Source: Octopus vulgaris (taxonomy: Eukaryota). Taken from it: DNA of 64,000 bases. The DNA lies in the NCBI GenBank assembly GCA_951406725.2, contig OX597831.1:23250001-23314000 (forward strand), in the 5' to 3' direction. The notes beneath the pieces were generated by a model. That model was not told the origin of the DNA. It ran no database searches and saw only the letters and a list, made by a program, of their open reading frames with translations. This document shows, in pieces, positions 1-12,994 of this stretch. The position numbers were made by a program, and so were the translations under genes. The stretch's first letter is position 1; every line of letters starts with the position of its first letter.

Positions 1-589
1 TCTGACTTCCATGCTGGTAGGGATGGGACAATTTGACAGGAACTGGCCGAGCAGAAGCCTGCACCAGACTTCTGCATCTGTTTTGGCATATAAATAAATA
101 AAATTAATTCTAAAATAAAATTTCCCAGAACAACAAATTACTCATGTGTAATTCACTTTGAATGAACTCAATGAAAAATTTCCGAAAATATCTTGTAGAA
201 GGCAGGTTCTCCCTCATTCGATGTTGACCTTTCTGCTGGACATGTATATATGCAAGCCAGGGAATGGTTATTCATGAAGAATACTAACAGGTGTTCATGT
301 GTGCATGTCTCTAATCTTAGTGTGATTGGTTTTCATTTAAGAAGGAAAATAACTTCAGCCTGTGCAGCTTGGCACCAGTGTGACATTGCAAGCATTGCAA
401 AGAACATGAAATGAACCCATAGGTCCAGGGCTGGATTAACACCCAGAGAGGCTCTAAGTGCTTAAAGGATTTCGGTGCCCCCTTATATAATAATTCAAAA
501 TATAAACAATAATAAACCATAAAATAAATTTTTATTTTTCTAAATGGAACGAAATAAACAGTAAGATGGCAAATAATGCTTATTTTTGT

Positions 590-952
590 ATACTCTCTTT
601 TACTCTTTTACTTGTTTCAGTCATTTAACTGTGGCCATGCTGGAGCACCGCCTTTAGTCGAGCAAATCGACCCCTGGGACTTATTCTTTGTAAGCCCAGT
701 ACTTATTCTATTGGTTTCTTTTGCTGAACCGCTAAGTGACGGCGACGTAAACACACTAGCATCGGTTGTCAAGCAATGCTAGGGGGACAAACACAGACAC
801 ACAAACATACACGCATATCCATATATATATACATATATACGATGGGCTTCTTTTCAGTTTCCGTCTACCAAATCCACTCACAAGGCTTTGGTTGGACCTA
901 GGCTATAGTAGAAGACACTTGCCCAAGGTGCCACGCAGTGGGACTGAACCCA
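590..952 (-). mobile_element. tRNA-derived SINE, family A (internal (TA)/(CA) tract), 5'-truncated
   Basis: Reverse complement of the copies at 4731-5182 and 26561-26931 (GGGTTCAGTCCCACTGCGTGGCACCTTGGGCAAGTGTCTT ... GAAACAAGTAAAAGAGTA tail). Confidence 0.9.
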
Positions 953-1435
953 GTTGAAAAGTTTTCTCCTACTTTTTTGAATTACAAAGTCTTTGATCAG
1001 ATCCTCATTATGACACTATGAGCACTTTGAAATTATATTTCCGATCATATGAACTACTTTGAATATTTTAGCAAGCTTAAAGTGATTTCTTTTGTATTGT
1101 AAACCATTTACCACTTCTTTAGTATTTCCACTTCCTTTGGTGCCCAAAGCACAAGCTTATTTTTCAACTGATGTTGATGTATTTATATCGCTGTAACTTA
1201 GCAGTTCAGTAAAAGAGGCCATCAGAATAAGTACAAGGCTTAGGAAGAATAAGTCCTGGAGTCAATTTCTTCAGCTAAAACCCTTTAAGCTGGTGCTCCA
1301 GCATGGCCTCAGTCAGATGACTGAAACAAGTAAAAGAATAAAAGAATATATGCATATCTATATGTATTTTATCGATGATGATGATGATGATGATGATTTT
1401 ACTTGTTTCTGTCATTAGAATGCTGCCATTCTGGT

Positions 1436-2195
1436 AAATTTATTCAATAAAATTGCCATTGGCTTCAAACATAGCCTCCAGACGACTTTGGAATCTCCTG
1501 CAATTCTTCTGGACAGTCTCCAAGATTAAGTTGGTGAATGCTGCCATAATCTTTGGCTTCAGTTCATCTTTGGTGTTACTAGGAGTTTGTTGGTCTCTCA
1601 CTCAACCACACATTGTGCATAATAATGATGGGGGGCTGCAGTGTGGGGAGTTAGGTGGTCACATGTTAGGGGTCATTGGTCACAGAAATTGCCTGACAGC
1701 CGTGAGTTGGTTCTCCTGCTTGAGTGGCATGGTGCAGAGTCCTGTTGCAGGACATAGGGTCTTCCAGCAGCCACCCTGTTGATTCAGGGCAGCAGTACCT
1801 CCTCCAGGCACTTGATGTAGGTCTCCATGTTATGTCTGAGGCTGTGTGGCAAGATGAATGGAAGCATAACATCACCATCACTAGTGATCACTTTAAACAT
1901 CATGATGTTGACTGGATGTTTGATTTTTATCACTCTTGGTACATGTCCTCAGATAGCACAATACTCAGATTGACATCCAAACACTGAAACGCTTATATGG
2001 GAGCGTCTGGCACGAATGCCAAACAGTACAGCATGCCGTTTCCAAATTTACAGCAGAGTGAATTGCATCACGGTGCTGTTTTTTTCTCACAGACAGTGCC
2101 CAACTGACCTTACTATACTGTGTAGGTGACAAAATCAAAAACAGAGTGCACATGCATGATTTAAAATTATTAAATGGCAACAATCTACCCATTGC

Positions 2196-2200
<5 letters not shown>
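1436..2200 (-). mobile_element. Degenerate Tc1/mariner (maT/DD37D-like) transposon remnant
   Basis: Minus strand reads PYVLQQDSAPCH, *PPNSPHCSP (WPPNSPDCNP-like) and C-terminal NCRRFQSRLEAMFEANGNFIE*; terminus TAGGGTGCAATGGG next to (TA)n; frameshifts and stops. Confidence 0.8.
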
Positions 2201-2246
<46 letters not shown>

Positions 2247-2485
2247 GTGTGTGTGTTTGTATACATATATATATATTTATATATATACAAATGAATATAC
2301 ATATATATGTGTGTGTATACACACACACATACATATATATAATATATATAAATATATATATATTTATGGTCCAACCGATGCTAGCATGGAAAACGGATGC
2401 TAAACGATGATATGTATATATTTTATATTTATATTATATATATGTATATATACACATATATACATATATATTTATAAATCTAAAG

Positions 2486-2564
<79 letters not shown>

Positions 2565-3877
2565 TTAATTACATTATGGAAGAACACAAGTTGTTGTACT
2601 ACCATAACCTGGTCACAGACACAGTTGTCATGAAACTGTGTAAGTTACCAGGCTGCAGTTATATCACGAAACTTTTGACTGCTTATCAAATAAATTTAAT
2701 AGCTCAGCACTACTAAATGGTTAGAACAGACATTATATGTTATAACTGCACCAGCTTTAACACACAACGTCAGATCAATTCACTTACTAAACTAGAAAGA
2801 CTCATATACGTGTGCGTGAATGTATGTGGGAGACAGAGTGAGAAGAGAAGAAAGAAGAAAAGAGAGAGAGAGGGTACTCGTGTTTCAATGCCTATTCTGC
2901 TGTAGATGCCAGCTTTTAAACTGTGTGCCAAAGTGAATTGTAAAAACCACATTGGTCATCTACCAACGAGTTCTGATCTTTGTATCTCAATCACAAAAGC
3001 AAGTCTTGAATAAGAAGCTTATCAGCCTAATAACTGCAGGGCACTGTAAATAGTTAGAGAGAAATTTATTTTGTTCATGCTTTAGCTCTTTCATTCCATA
3101 TATTTGCAGTTAAATTATGAACTCTAGCTTAAAGCTGTTCATTTTCTGGTTTCTCAGAGTTCTTTAATAATTTCTTTTCTCTTTTACGACTTTTACGTTC
3201 ATTTTATTAAATTATCTTAATTCTGACATTATTGTTCCCTATGTTAAAATTTACGTTTTTACCTCTTGTTTTTCATCGATGTCTTCTTCGAAGTTTTTAT
3301 TCTATTCATCAACAGTGATGCACCAGATTCTGTAGAACATAGAATGAAAAGCTCTGAGGCATTCAATTATATCTCATTATGTCCTGAGTTCAGATCCTTC
3401 TATAGTTAATTTTGCTTTCTATCATTCTGGCAGGTTGACAAAATGAAGTACCTATCAAGTACTAGAGAGTACCTAATTTAATTTAAACCAATACTAAAGA
3501 ATGGATTTAATCAACTCCCCTTGTGTTAGAATATTCATTCAGCTGTTTTAAAACCCTCTAGAATTTGCTCTGTATTGGCATTCATTTTCGATTTCTCTCC
3601 CCACCTTTTCCCCTACAAGATGTAAGTAGCCAAGCAGATCATCCTGCAGGAATCTGCTCTTCTCCCACCTCTTATAGTAGTCCCCACATCCCCTAGCATG
3701 AAGCCAACACCTTACCTTTCCGAGGGATCATAGGTCTGAAAAATGCAAGTTGTGACTCCAGTGGTGCAAATGGCATGAAGAATGCACCCAGTTCATGTTG
3801 TACAGTGGTTGGCATTAGAAACAGCATCCAGCTGTAAAAACCACGCCAAAAAAGACATTGGAGCTCAATGCAGTCCT

Positions 3878-4043
3878 TGGGACATGCTCAACTGGTTAAG
3901 GTCAAGCAACTGACAAGCAAATCTTGTGGTATCGAACAGAATATTTGCGGTAGCCCATCTTCTATACCAAGACAAAACAATGTACATGATAACACTTCCA
4001 ATCAGTTAAGATCAGAAGCCATGAGAGCCACTATCTGGTACTG

Positions 4044-4045
<2 letters not shown>
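3878..4045 (-). mobile_element. 5' part of an (AAT)n-associated retroposon, same family as 7628-8068
   Basis: GGGACATGCTCAACTGGTTAAGGTCAAGCAACTGACAAGCAAATC is the reverse complement of ~7643-7688; abuts (ATT)n. Confidence 0.7.
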
Positions 4046-4084
<39 letters not shown>

Positions 4085-4089
<5 letters not shown>

Positions 4090-4414
4090 CTCACTGCCTG
4101 GAATTGAACTCGGAATCTTGGGGTTAGTAGCCTGCACTGTTTTCCACTATGCCATATGCCCGTGGGCTGCTAGTTTTTGATGGAGTTTCTCTATATGTCT
4201 CCATTGAAGTCTAATGTCGGCTACGCATATGGCACAGTGGTTAAGAGCATGGGCTACAAACCCCAAGATTCCGAGTTCAATTCCAGGCAGTGACCTGAAT
4301 AATAATAATAATAACAACAACATCGAAAAATACCTTAGGAATGAGAGCCCAGGTTCGAAATTTCCCCAAAACACCTAATGAAAGCTGGAGGGTATATCAG
4401 CCAAAATGTTGTTT
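4085..4414. mobile_element. Head-to-head pair of tRNA-headed elements; the plus copy carries a decayed hammerhead motif (4371-4414)
   Basis: Minus head 4085-4160; plus copy 4225-4414 has A box TGGCACAGTGG, B box GAGTTCAATTC, (AAT)n, then ACAC-CTAATGA-A-AGCTG..CAGCC-AAAA-TGTT. Confidence 0.75.
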
Positions 4415-4708
4415 TCCACAGATCCAGTCGTTTTCACTGACTGTCCTCCCTCAAACACTTCAAAATATCACTGTAGAACTCTCAATTGACAGTCTAGCCC
4501 TGGGGGACAAATTCTCGATACCCAATTTTAAAGCAAAATTTCACTTAGGCTCTTTGTTTCGACTTCCTGCCCATGACAAAATTGCAGACTAAAGCATACA
4601 CATGATCAAGAAAACAGAAATTTCACAACTTGTGAACTAAACAGAGCAATGTCATTTGGCACACTGCCTCATAAAGATCATTGCTAGCTTTCATTGTGCA
4701 CACAATTA

Positions 4709-4892
4709 TAGATGTTTTCGATCTAGTTTGATGGCTGTGTGGTAAGTAGCTTTTTTACCAACCATATGGTTCCGGGTTCAGTCCCACTGTGTGGCACCTT
4801 GGGCAAGTGTCTTCTACTATAGCCTCGGGCCGACCATAGCCTTGTGAGTGGATTTGGTAGACGGAAACTGAAAGAAGCCCGTCGTATATATG

Positions 4893-4957
<65 letters not shown>

Positions 4958-5710
4958 TGTGTGCGTGTATGTTTGTGTGTCTGTGTTTGTCCCCCTAGCA
5001 TTGCTTGACAACTGATGCTGGTGTGTTTATGTCTCCGTCACTTAGCGGTTCGGCAAAAGAGACCGATAGAATAAGTACTGGGCTTACAAAGAATAAGTCC
5101 CGAGGTCGAGTTGCTCGATTAAAGGCGGTGCTCCAGCATGGCCGCAGTCAAATGACTGAAACAAGTAAAAGAGTAAAAGAGTATCAAATTTGAATTCTTT
5201 GCAATCAAATTTGAATTTTTCAATTGGTGCTCAAGCCTTGGGAAAAAAGAGAGTTAAACTACAGCCATAAGGGAATACATGTCTATCTTTTCTAACTCAT
5301 CCAGTAGGGCCCACCAAGTGATATATGAAAAGTTCGATGAAATAACTCATGAACACTGCGATAGCTTCTACCAAAACATGCTCCGCTACGTCGAACGGTG
5401 TGAACAAGAGGAGATAATAGAAAAAGAATCATTCATTTATTATCTCCCCTTGTTTAGACCAGTTGACGTAACGGAGCATCTTTTGGTAGAAGCTATTACA
5501 GTGTTCATGAGTTATTTCATCGAACTTTTCAGATATCAATTGGTGGGCTCTACTGGACAAGTTAGATAAGATAGACATGTATTCCCTTGTGGCTGATGTA
5601 GTTTAACTCTCTTTTTTTCCAAGGCTTGAGCACCAATTGAAAAATTCAAATTTTATTGCAAAGAATTCAAATTTGATTGCAAAGAATCCAAATTAGATCG
5701 CAAACATCTA
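4709..5710. mobile_element. Fold-back MITE (TAGATG...CATCTA, TA duplication) with a SINE inserted in its left arm
   Basis: 5184-5420 is the near reverse complement of 5437-5680; the outer ends at 4709-4730 and 5689-5710 are also inverted. Confidence 0.8.
4731..5182 (+). mobile_element. tRNA-derived SINE, family A, near full length
   Basis: A box TGGCTGTGTGG, B box GGTTCAGTCCC, internal (TA)n, AAAAGAGT tail. Confidence 0.9.
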
Positions 5711-6369
5711 TATGTGCTGCCATCTATTGGTGCACTACAAAACTAGTCTGGGAACGTTTTGATATCACCTTGTAGTGCGTGTGTTTGATTGGCAAAATAT
5801 GACCAAATCCAAGCATAACAATCTGTTTCAACACATGAATTCAAATAAAAAATCTGGCAAAGCAAATAAATTTACATAAATTTTTGGATATTTAAGCAAA
5901 ATTCTAATCACTTTTACCTCTTGCTGTTTAACTCCAGATAAAAACTTGATCACACAGTTCTTTGATTTAAAACATTCCAACCATGACAATCCCAAATATT
6001 ATCCAATCTCTCTAGAATTGCATTGTGCATTTTTACTTTCTTGGAGCTGATAAGAGTCCAAGCTGAAGATAACTTGGCTGCCACTTGCGGAAAATTGGGA
6101 GACTACATAGAGCTACTAATACCAGCTTGTCATTTTTTGCTTTTTCTATTGCATGTAGTCTTTATTTCTTGTATCTTTTATTTCCTTTTTTTTTTCTGGT
6201 TCCAGCCTCAAGATTGTGATCATACTGGGGCAGTGTTTTGAAGATTTTAGCCAATTATTGTTTCATCTTAACTTAATGAAGTTATCTTTTAGACTCATCT
6301 CTCTTTTGTAATGTAAATACTTCTAACCAGATATTTCACACACAAGCATTCACACTCACACATTCACAT

Positions 6370-6674
6370 CTTTGTGAAGCTATTCTTCCCTTGTGCAGCA
6401 TTGTAATAGGATGCAGCTCTGTTGAATATCTCTGTCTGCTAATAAATTAGAAAATCTTCTGCTGATGTTTTTTTTACTAGATTTCTAATTACAGCATGGG
6501 GTTGGTTGGAGTATCTATGAATGTAAACAATTGCTTTTTACTATGTTTTCTGTTGGGGAAATGTTTACTCGTCTTGCAGTCTGTGGAGACAACCAAAAAG
6601 TTGGCTTTGTCAAAGTTGGTGGTAAAAGTTTTATTTAAGCCAAAATCGTTAAAAGATTCTGTTTTTTTTACCAA
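6370..6674 (-). pseudogene. Penelope-like element reverse transcriptase C-terminal/thumb remnant
   Basis: Frameshifted reading FNDFGLNKTFTTNFDKANFLVVSTDCKTSKHFPNRKH / IVYIHRYSNQPHAVIRNLVKKNISRRFSNL / EIFNRAASYYNAA resembles the PLE pattern FGL.IT...N...NFLDV...Y.PY.KP..YIH..SNHP...ISRRLS....F..AA..Y..AL. Confidence 0.7.
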
Positions 6675-7482
6675 AATTAATCCATGGAATAGATTCCATA
6701 CATTATGTTTTTTACACCTTTTCTCAACCTACCAAAATTTCACTCACAAGGCTTTGATCAGATAAAAATAATTGAAGACACCCAAGGTTCTTCTCTGTGG
6801 TATTGAACCAGGGAACCATGTGGTTGTGAAGCAACCATTTTAACCACACAGCCATGCTTACACACACATACATGTATGTGAATGATTGTTTGTTTTTCTT
6901 GTAACAAGCTTTAAATGTTATCTCCATAAAACCAGGTATCAATAAAGAGACAGCTGGTCATTGTCCACTCTTTATTTCACTTTAGAAATATTTGTTCTCT
7001 GTGGAACTGAGCTGATCATTAACTTTCATGCTTTTGCCTCTTTCATTTGTCTCCATCAAAGCCAGTTTGCCATAGATTAACACTTTTTTTTTTATGCCTT
7101 CATTGCAATATTGCAGTTTTGTTTCCAACAAACATTCATTTTTGAAGACAACGCATTTTTCATATTTTTTTGTTGTTGTTTTGTAAAGTGATCAGAAAGA
7201 GGGAAAAAAAAATTATTTTCATTCACTAAAAATAAAAATGGGGAAAAAAACTTTTTCCCCGTAAAAAATTATGGTTTTCGTACTAAAAACCCCAAATTTT
7301 TAAATTCTATTTCATATCCGTTTTGCTTTTTGCTTTTGTTTTTAGACATAATAGGATATTTCGTTGAAGGGTGATGTGCTATTTTCTCATTCCTATCTAG
7401 TCATGCAAGTTACCTGCAAACATGATGAGCTTTCACCATAATAATGATGATAATAATAACAATAATAATAACAACAACGATG

Positions 7483-7544
<62 letters not shown>

Positions 7545-7545
7545 C

Positions 7546-7601
<56 letters not shown>

Positions 7602-7627
7602 CAATAATGATAATAATAATAATAATT

Positions 7628-8067
7628 CTGCTCAATACCACAGATTTGCTTGTCAGTTGTTTGACCTTAACCAGTTGAGCATGTCCCTTAGTGGCTGACG
7701 ATATGTGCATCTCTGATCACGAGCAGAAGTAGTGGGGGAGCATCATAGCCATGTGTTGAGAGGGATTCTTTGGGGTTTGAATAATTCACCTCTGGAAACA
7801 TGGGTGGTTCTTTCAACATCCTTAAACAATCCTTATTCAGGGACCTTTTGAGCGGGATGGGCTACTCAACCTGAAGAAAATTCTAACTGGGCCCCACCTG
7901 CAAGGTCATGTGCTGTTTATCTTGATATGAGATGACCATGTCGTGCACATATGGTTGTGATGCATGTGCCTGGTGTACCTTTATCAGACGGGTAGTCATG
8001 ATGGGTATATTGGGCTTCGTATATTTTACCCCAGTGTCACTTTGATGGCATGCACTGCTCTCTCACC

Positions 8068-8068
<1 letters not shown>
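7628..8068 (+). mobile_element. Retroposon fragment embedded in (AAT)n
   Basis: ~440 bp of GC-richer sequence flanked on both sides by (AAT)n; partial second copy at 3878-4045. Confidence 0.65.
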
Positions 8069-8106
<38 letters not shown>

Positions 8107-8442
8107 CTTTAAAGAATAAAAATGATAGTTTATTCTTTGAATCTTTTTCATAAACGGATTAACAGTTTCGTAATTCTAAAATCTTTCTAGAAGGGTTTTA
8201 GATTCTTTAGAAGCGTTATTCTGGCCATGCAAAGCCTATCTCCTCCACAACAATATCAACAACACAAACAATAACAACAACAACAACAACAATACAAACA
8301 ACAATAACAACATTCATGATAATAATCAGTAATAGCAATGATAATAATCGTAATAATAATAACAGGTTTGTGCTTTCAAAGTTTTAATTACTTGATTTAA
8401 GGAGCCTCCGTTATCCTTTGTGTCTTTTGTTTGTCTTCAAGT

Positions 8443-8510
8443 TCAAGTTTTGTTGAGTTCCCTTCCCATCCAGGCATTCAATGTGGCTTCTTCACTGTAC
8501 CCACCATCAC
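8443..8510 (-). CDS. Candidate terminal coding exon (G)DGGYSEEATLNAWMGRELNKT*
   Basis: Acceptor TTTCCAG|GT, phase 1, non-repetitive coding-like island between microsatellites; protein not recognised. Confidence 0.3.
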
Positions 8511-8538
8511 CTGGAAAGATTATCATTGTTATTATTAC

Positions 8539-8592
<54 letters not shown>

Positions 8593-8602
8593 TCTTATTA
8601 CT

Positions 8603-8700
<98 letters not shown>

Positions 8701-9039
8701 TATTATTATTATTAATATCTAAAGATGGGTTCTTCTTTGAAATGTCTAAGCCTCTTTGCACCTCATTCCACTTGCATCAGGTTTATTTTAATTTAATTTT
8801 TTTTTGATTTCTGAGTAAAATTCTTGGCCAGCCATGCAGAACCAACAAGCCAACCAACCAACCAACCAACCTTAACCACCTTCCCTTTTCCCCACCACCC
8901 CCACCATCACCGACCTTGTGGTTTAAGCTCTGAAACATTTTATTAAAGAATTAGGGATCCTTTGCATTTCGTTAACAGTGTTCTGGATTTCGGTCTTTGT
9001 CAGTTCCTCTCCATCCGTGCATGATAGAACCCCAGCGAC

Positions 9040-9535
9040 CACCACTGCCACAGCCAACACCATCACCACCATCACCAACAACAACAATAACAACAACAAT
9101 AATAGCAACAATAACAACAACAACACCATCACCATCACCAACAATAACAGCAGCAACAACACTGCTGTTACCTCCACTGCCACCATCAACAACAACAACA
9201 CCATCACCACCACCAACAACAATAACAGCAACAACAACACCACCGTTACCTCCACCATCACCACCACCAACAACAACAATAATAGCAACAACAACACTGC
9301 CATCACCTTCACCACCGCCACCATCAACAACACCATCACCACCACCAACAACAACAATAATAACAGCAGCAACACCACCGTTATTTCCACCACCACCACC
9401 ACCACCACCACCTCCACCATCACCACCACCATCAACAACACCACCAACAACAACAACAACAACAACAACACCAACAACAACACCATCACCACCACCACCA
9501 CCATCAACAAAAACAACACCAACAACAACAATAGC
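9040..9535. repeat. Compound (ACC/AAC/AAT)n triplet tract with higher-order subunits
   Basis: Recurring ...AATAACAGCA..CAACAC..GTTA(C/T)(C/T)TCCAC units; explains four overlapping long ORFs. Confidence 0.9.
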
Positions 9536-9931
9536 ATAATGAAATAACATAAATCAATAAAACAGAACTAATTGACTTAGTGTTCAAAGATTTTAATTAA
9601 AACATTTTGAGTTGCCAGGGTTGGGTGAGTCTGGTTGACTCCTCTCTCTCTCTCTCTCTCTCTCTCTTGCGAGAGTCTCTGTTCATAAAGAAATACATGG
9701 TAAGAATTATTGAGACATCATTGCTGGGAATTTGGTAAAATAGCAAAATCCAGTAATAAACCATTTGAACACATGGCTTGAGAATGACCTTTGACCCCTT
9801 TTATGTTTTTTTGGGGTTTTTTTGGTGTAAGAGCAACAACAAATACAACGGAAAGAGTTTAATACCATTTCTCCATTTTAGCCCATCCATATGGTACCCT
9901 TCATATTTGATTATAACACTGATGTGCTAAC

Positions 9932-10270
9932 TGTGAAGGAACATGGCTTAGTGGTGAGAGCATCGGTCACACAATCATGAGGTAATGAGTTCAATTCTCG
10001 GACTGTGCTGTATGTTGTGTTCTTGAGCAAGACACTTTATTTCTTTGCTCCAGTTCACTCAGCTGTAGAAATTAGTTGTGGGGTCACTGGTATCAAGATG
10101 TAATGGCCTTTGCCTTTCTCTTGGATAACATTGGTGGCATGGAGAGGGGGGAGGATGGTATGCATGGGCAACTGCTGGTCTTCCATAAACAACCTTGCCC
10201 AGACTCATGCCTTGGAGGAGAACTTCCTAGATGCAACTCCATGGTCATACATGACTGAATGGGATCTTTA
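9932..10270 (+). mobile_element. tRNA-derived SINE, family B
   Basis: TGGCTTAGTGG A box, GAGTTCAATTC B box, TTGAGCAAGACACTTTATTTC core; homologous to 29637-29972 and 49860-50175. Confidence 0.85.
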
Positions 10271-11273
10271 TGGTACCCTAGGCTTCATAAAGGAAGCCTG
10301 CTCTGTTACAAGCATACAGGGTCATACCTTTAGTTTGAGTATAACTTCCTCATTCCTTTCCTTCTTCTTTGTGGAGGCGTGTGGTGTAGTGGTTAAGGAG
10401 TTAGGTTCAGGATCATAAGAGTGTGGTTTCAATTCCTGGACCTGGTGATGCAGTGTGTTCTTTGAGCATATTGCTCCAGTCCAGTTCAGCTGGGAAAAAG
10501 AAGAATATTTCTGAGACAGACTGGCGTCGCATCCATTGAGGATAGGGAGGTATATATGTCAGAGAATCCAGAAAACCAAACCCATGAGCCTAGATCCATT
10601 TTTGAATCCCTTCTCATTTACCTTTAACCCAACACCTCATGCAGGCCCTTAAAACACCGAAAGCACTACTCTTCTTCCTCAGTAAAAGATAAAATAATAC
10701 CAAATTATAAATCTATAAAAAGAGAATAAAATAAAATATGTAAGATATTTCTGGAAGTATCTAGAAATTTCGTTGGATGACTAAGTTCCCATGAAATCAC
10801 AATATCATTACTAAAAGGGCACCAATGAGATTCGGTCTTTTTTGAGGGCAAATGAAGCATGCAAGATGACAATAGAAGGGGATATACACACAGGGGAAAA
10901 AAAGACATGATAGAAAATATGTAGTCTGTCTTTATTTCCCTGATACATACACTCAATCACAGACCTATGTTGTGTATATGAATGTATGTATATGTATATT
11001 TATGGAAGCATGTGTGTATGATTGTGAATGTGTATTACAAGTGTGTGCATATATATATATATATATATAATCTCTTTGGTTCTGTGGAATTTCCATGAGT
11101 CCCACTATATATATATATATATCAATGTATAAATGTATGTATGTATATGTATATATATATAGGTATGTATGTATATGTATATATATAGGTATGGATGTAT
11201 CTATATATATATATGTATGTGTATATATATATGTATATATATGTATGTGTATATGTATATATATATGTATGTG

Positions 11274-11323
<50 letters not shown>

Positions 11324-11679
11324 CATATATACCTATGTATGTATTTAATATATGTATGCCCATGTGCGCGTTTGATGGCAGAATCATCAGAGCGAAGGAC
11401 AAAATGCTTCATGCTATTTGTTCCAGTTCTTTTCAAATCCAGCTGAGGTCAGTTTTTGTCTTTCATTTTCCAGGGAATGATATCCCCCCCTCTACACACA
11501 CATACATACATCCACACACTTCATGCACAGAATGCTGTAGAGATGAGAAGAAGATTATGGTCAAGAGAGAGAGAGAGAGGGAACAATATGGCATTTTAGT
11601 GACCCGGAGAAAAAGGATGTTAAAATCATGATGGTGTTGACAACAAAAGTGATGGCTATGGTGATGGTTATGTTTATAA

Positions 11680-12292
11680 TGTTATTGATGATGATGATGA
11701 TGACGATAAGGATAATGATGATGACAGTACTGATATTTATGATGATGATGATGACAAAAAACGACGATGACGATGATGATGACGATGATGATTGTTATAA
11801 TGGTTAGGATTATAGGATCATACGGATGATTCTAATTCTGACCCTGCTGCTGCTGCTTCTGATGATGATGATGATGATGGTGATGATGACGACAATGATG
11901 GTATTGCTTATGCTTATGATGATGATGATGCTTATAATGACGATGATATCATTATTGCTTATGATGATGATGAGGATGATGACAATGATGGTATTGCTTA
12001 TGATGATGATGATGATGATGATGACGACGATGTCGTAATTGCTTATGATGATGATGAGGATGATGATGACAACGATGATGGTATTGCTTATTATGATGAT
12101 GATGACGATGATGGTATTGCTTATGCTGATGATGATGACGATGACAATATTGCTTATGCTGATGATGGCGACGATGATGGCATTGCTCATGATGAGGATA
12201 ATGATGATGATGATGATGATGATGGCATTGCTTATGATGATGATGATGATGATGATGATGATGTCAACGATGACACCGATGACGATGATGAC
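11680..12292. repeat. Compound (GAT)n tract punctuated by ATTGCTTATG
   Basis: About ten ATTGCT(T/C)AT motifs spaced through (GAT)n. Confidence 0.9.
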
Positions 12293-12515
12293 AGCAGACT
12301 TGTTATGTTATTTTATACCTTCATTGATATCAGTTTTATAACTCTCATTGGTATTGGTTTTATAACCCAGCTTCATAAGTCAGTTTTATATTCTTCTCAC
12401 CCTGATTTATATGTAAGCCGCCATTTTGGAGAGGGAATGTTGTTGTAGTTGTTGTTGTTGTTGTTGTTGTAGTTGTTTGTTTGTGTGTGTTTTGTTGTTG
12501 TGGTTTTAGTTTTAC

Positions 12516-12544
12516 CTCTGATGTCACCTAACTTGATCATATTT
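12516..12544 (-). CDS. Candidate 29-nt exon NMIKLGDIR(G)
   Basis: Pyrimidine tract plus TTTTCCTATAG acceptor and AG|GTAAAA donor; the phase-1 end fits the 8443-8510 candidate exon. Confidence 0.2.
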
Positions 12545-12631
12545 CTATAGGAAAACTTTATGGAAAACAAGAACAAGAAAAACATCTATACAAGATCAAA
12601 GATTAGTCCACTATGGAAATGTCCGTATATA

Positions 12632-12668
<37 letters not shown>

Positions 12669-12691
12669 GTATACAAGCATATGTGTATATG

Positions 12692-12738
<47 letters not shown>

Positions 12739-12931
12739 GTATGTAGTTTCTGTGAGTGTATGTTTGTGTATATATAGTTGTAGTTATATATTTATACACT
12801 TGCACACACAGTTAGATATCTTCATTAATATATACAGATGCATGTATAAATATGTTATATACACCTTTATATATGTATATATGTTTATGTATGTATATGT
12901 GTGTCTGTTTATCCATATACATATACATATA

Positions 12932-12994
<63 letters not shown>

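Larger units (their letters stand above)
4415..5774 (-). mobile_element. Mariner-derived non-autonomous element interrupted at a TA by a fold-back insert
   Basis: 4640-4708 joined to 5711-5774 matches the uninterrupted copy at ~51010-51136. Confidence 0.7.

Noticed and set aside
4225-4300. Possible tRNA genes here and at other SINE heads
   Set aside because: A and B boxes are present but there is no complete cloverleaf acceptor stem, and each continues into a repeat body.
5279-5569. 96-aa ORF with natural-looking composition
   Set aside because: It spans the centre of a DNA palindrome (MITE) and has no recognisable domain.
8923-9550. Four long ORFs (mucin-like, Pro/Thr-rich, Gly/Val-rich)
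   Set aside because: They are open on both strands because of a stop-free triplet repeat; there is no independent coding evidence.
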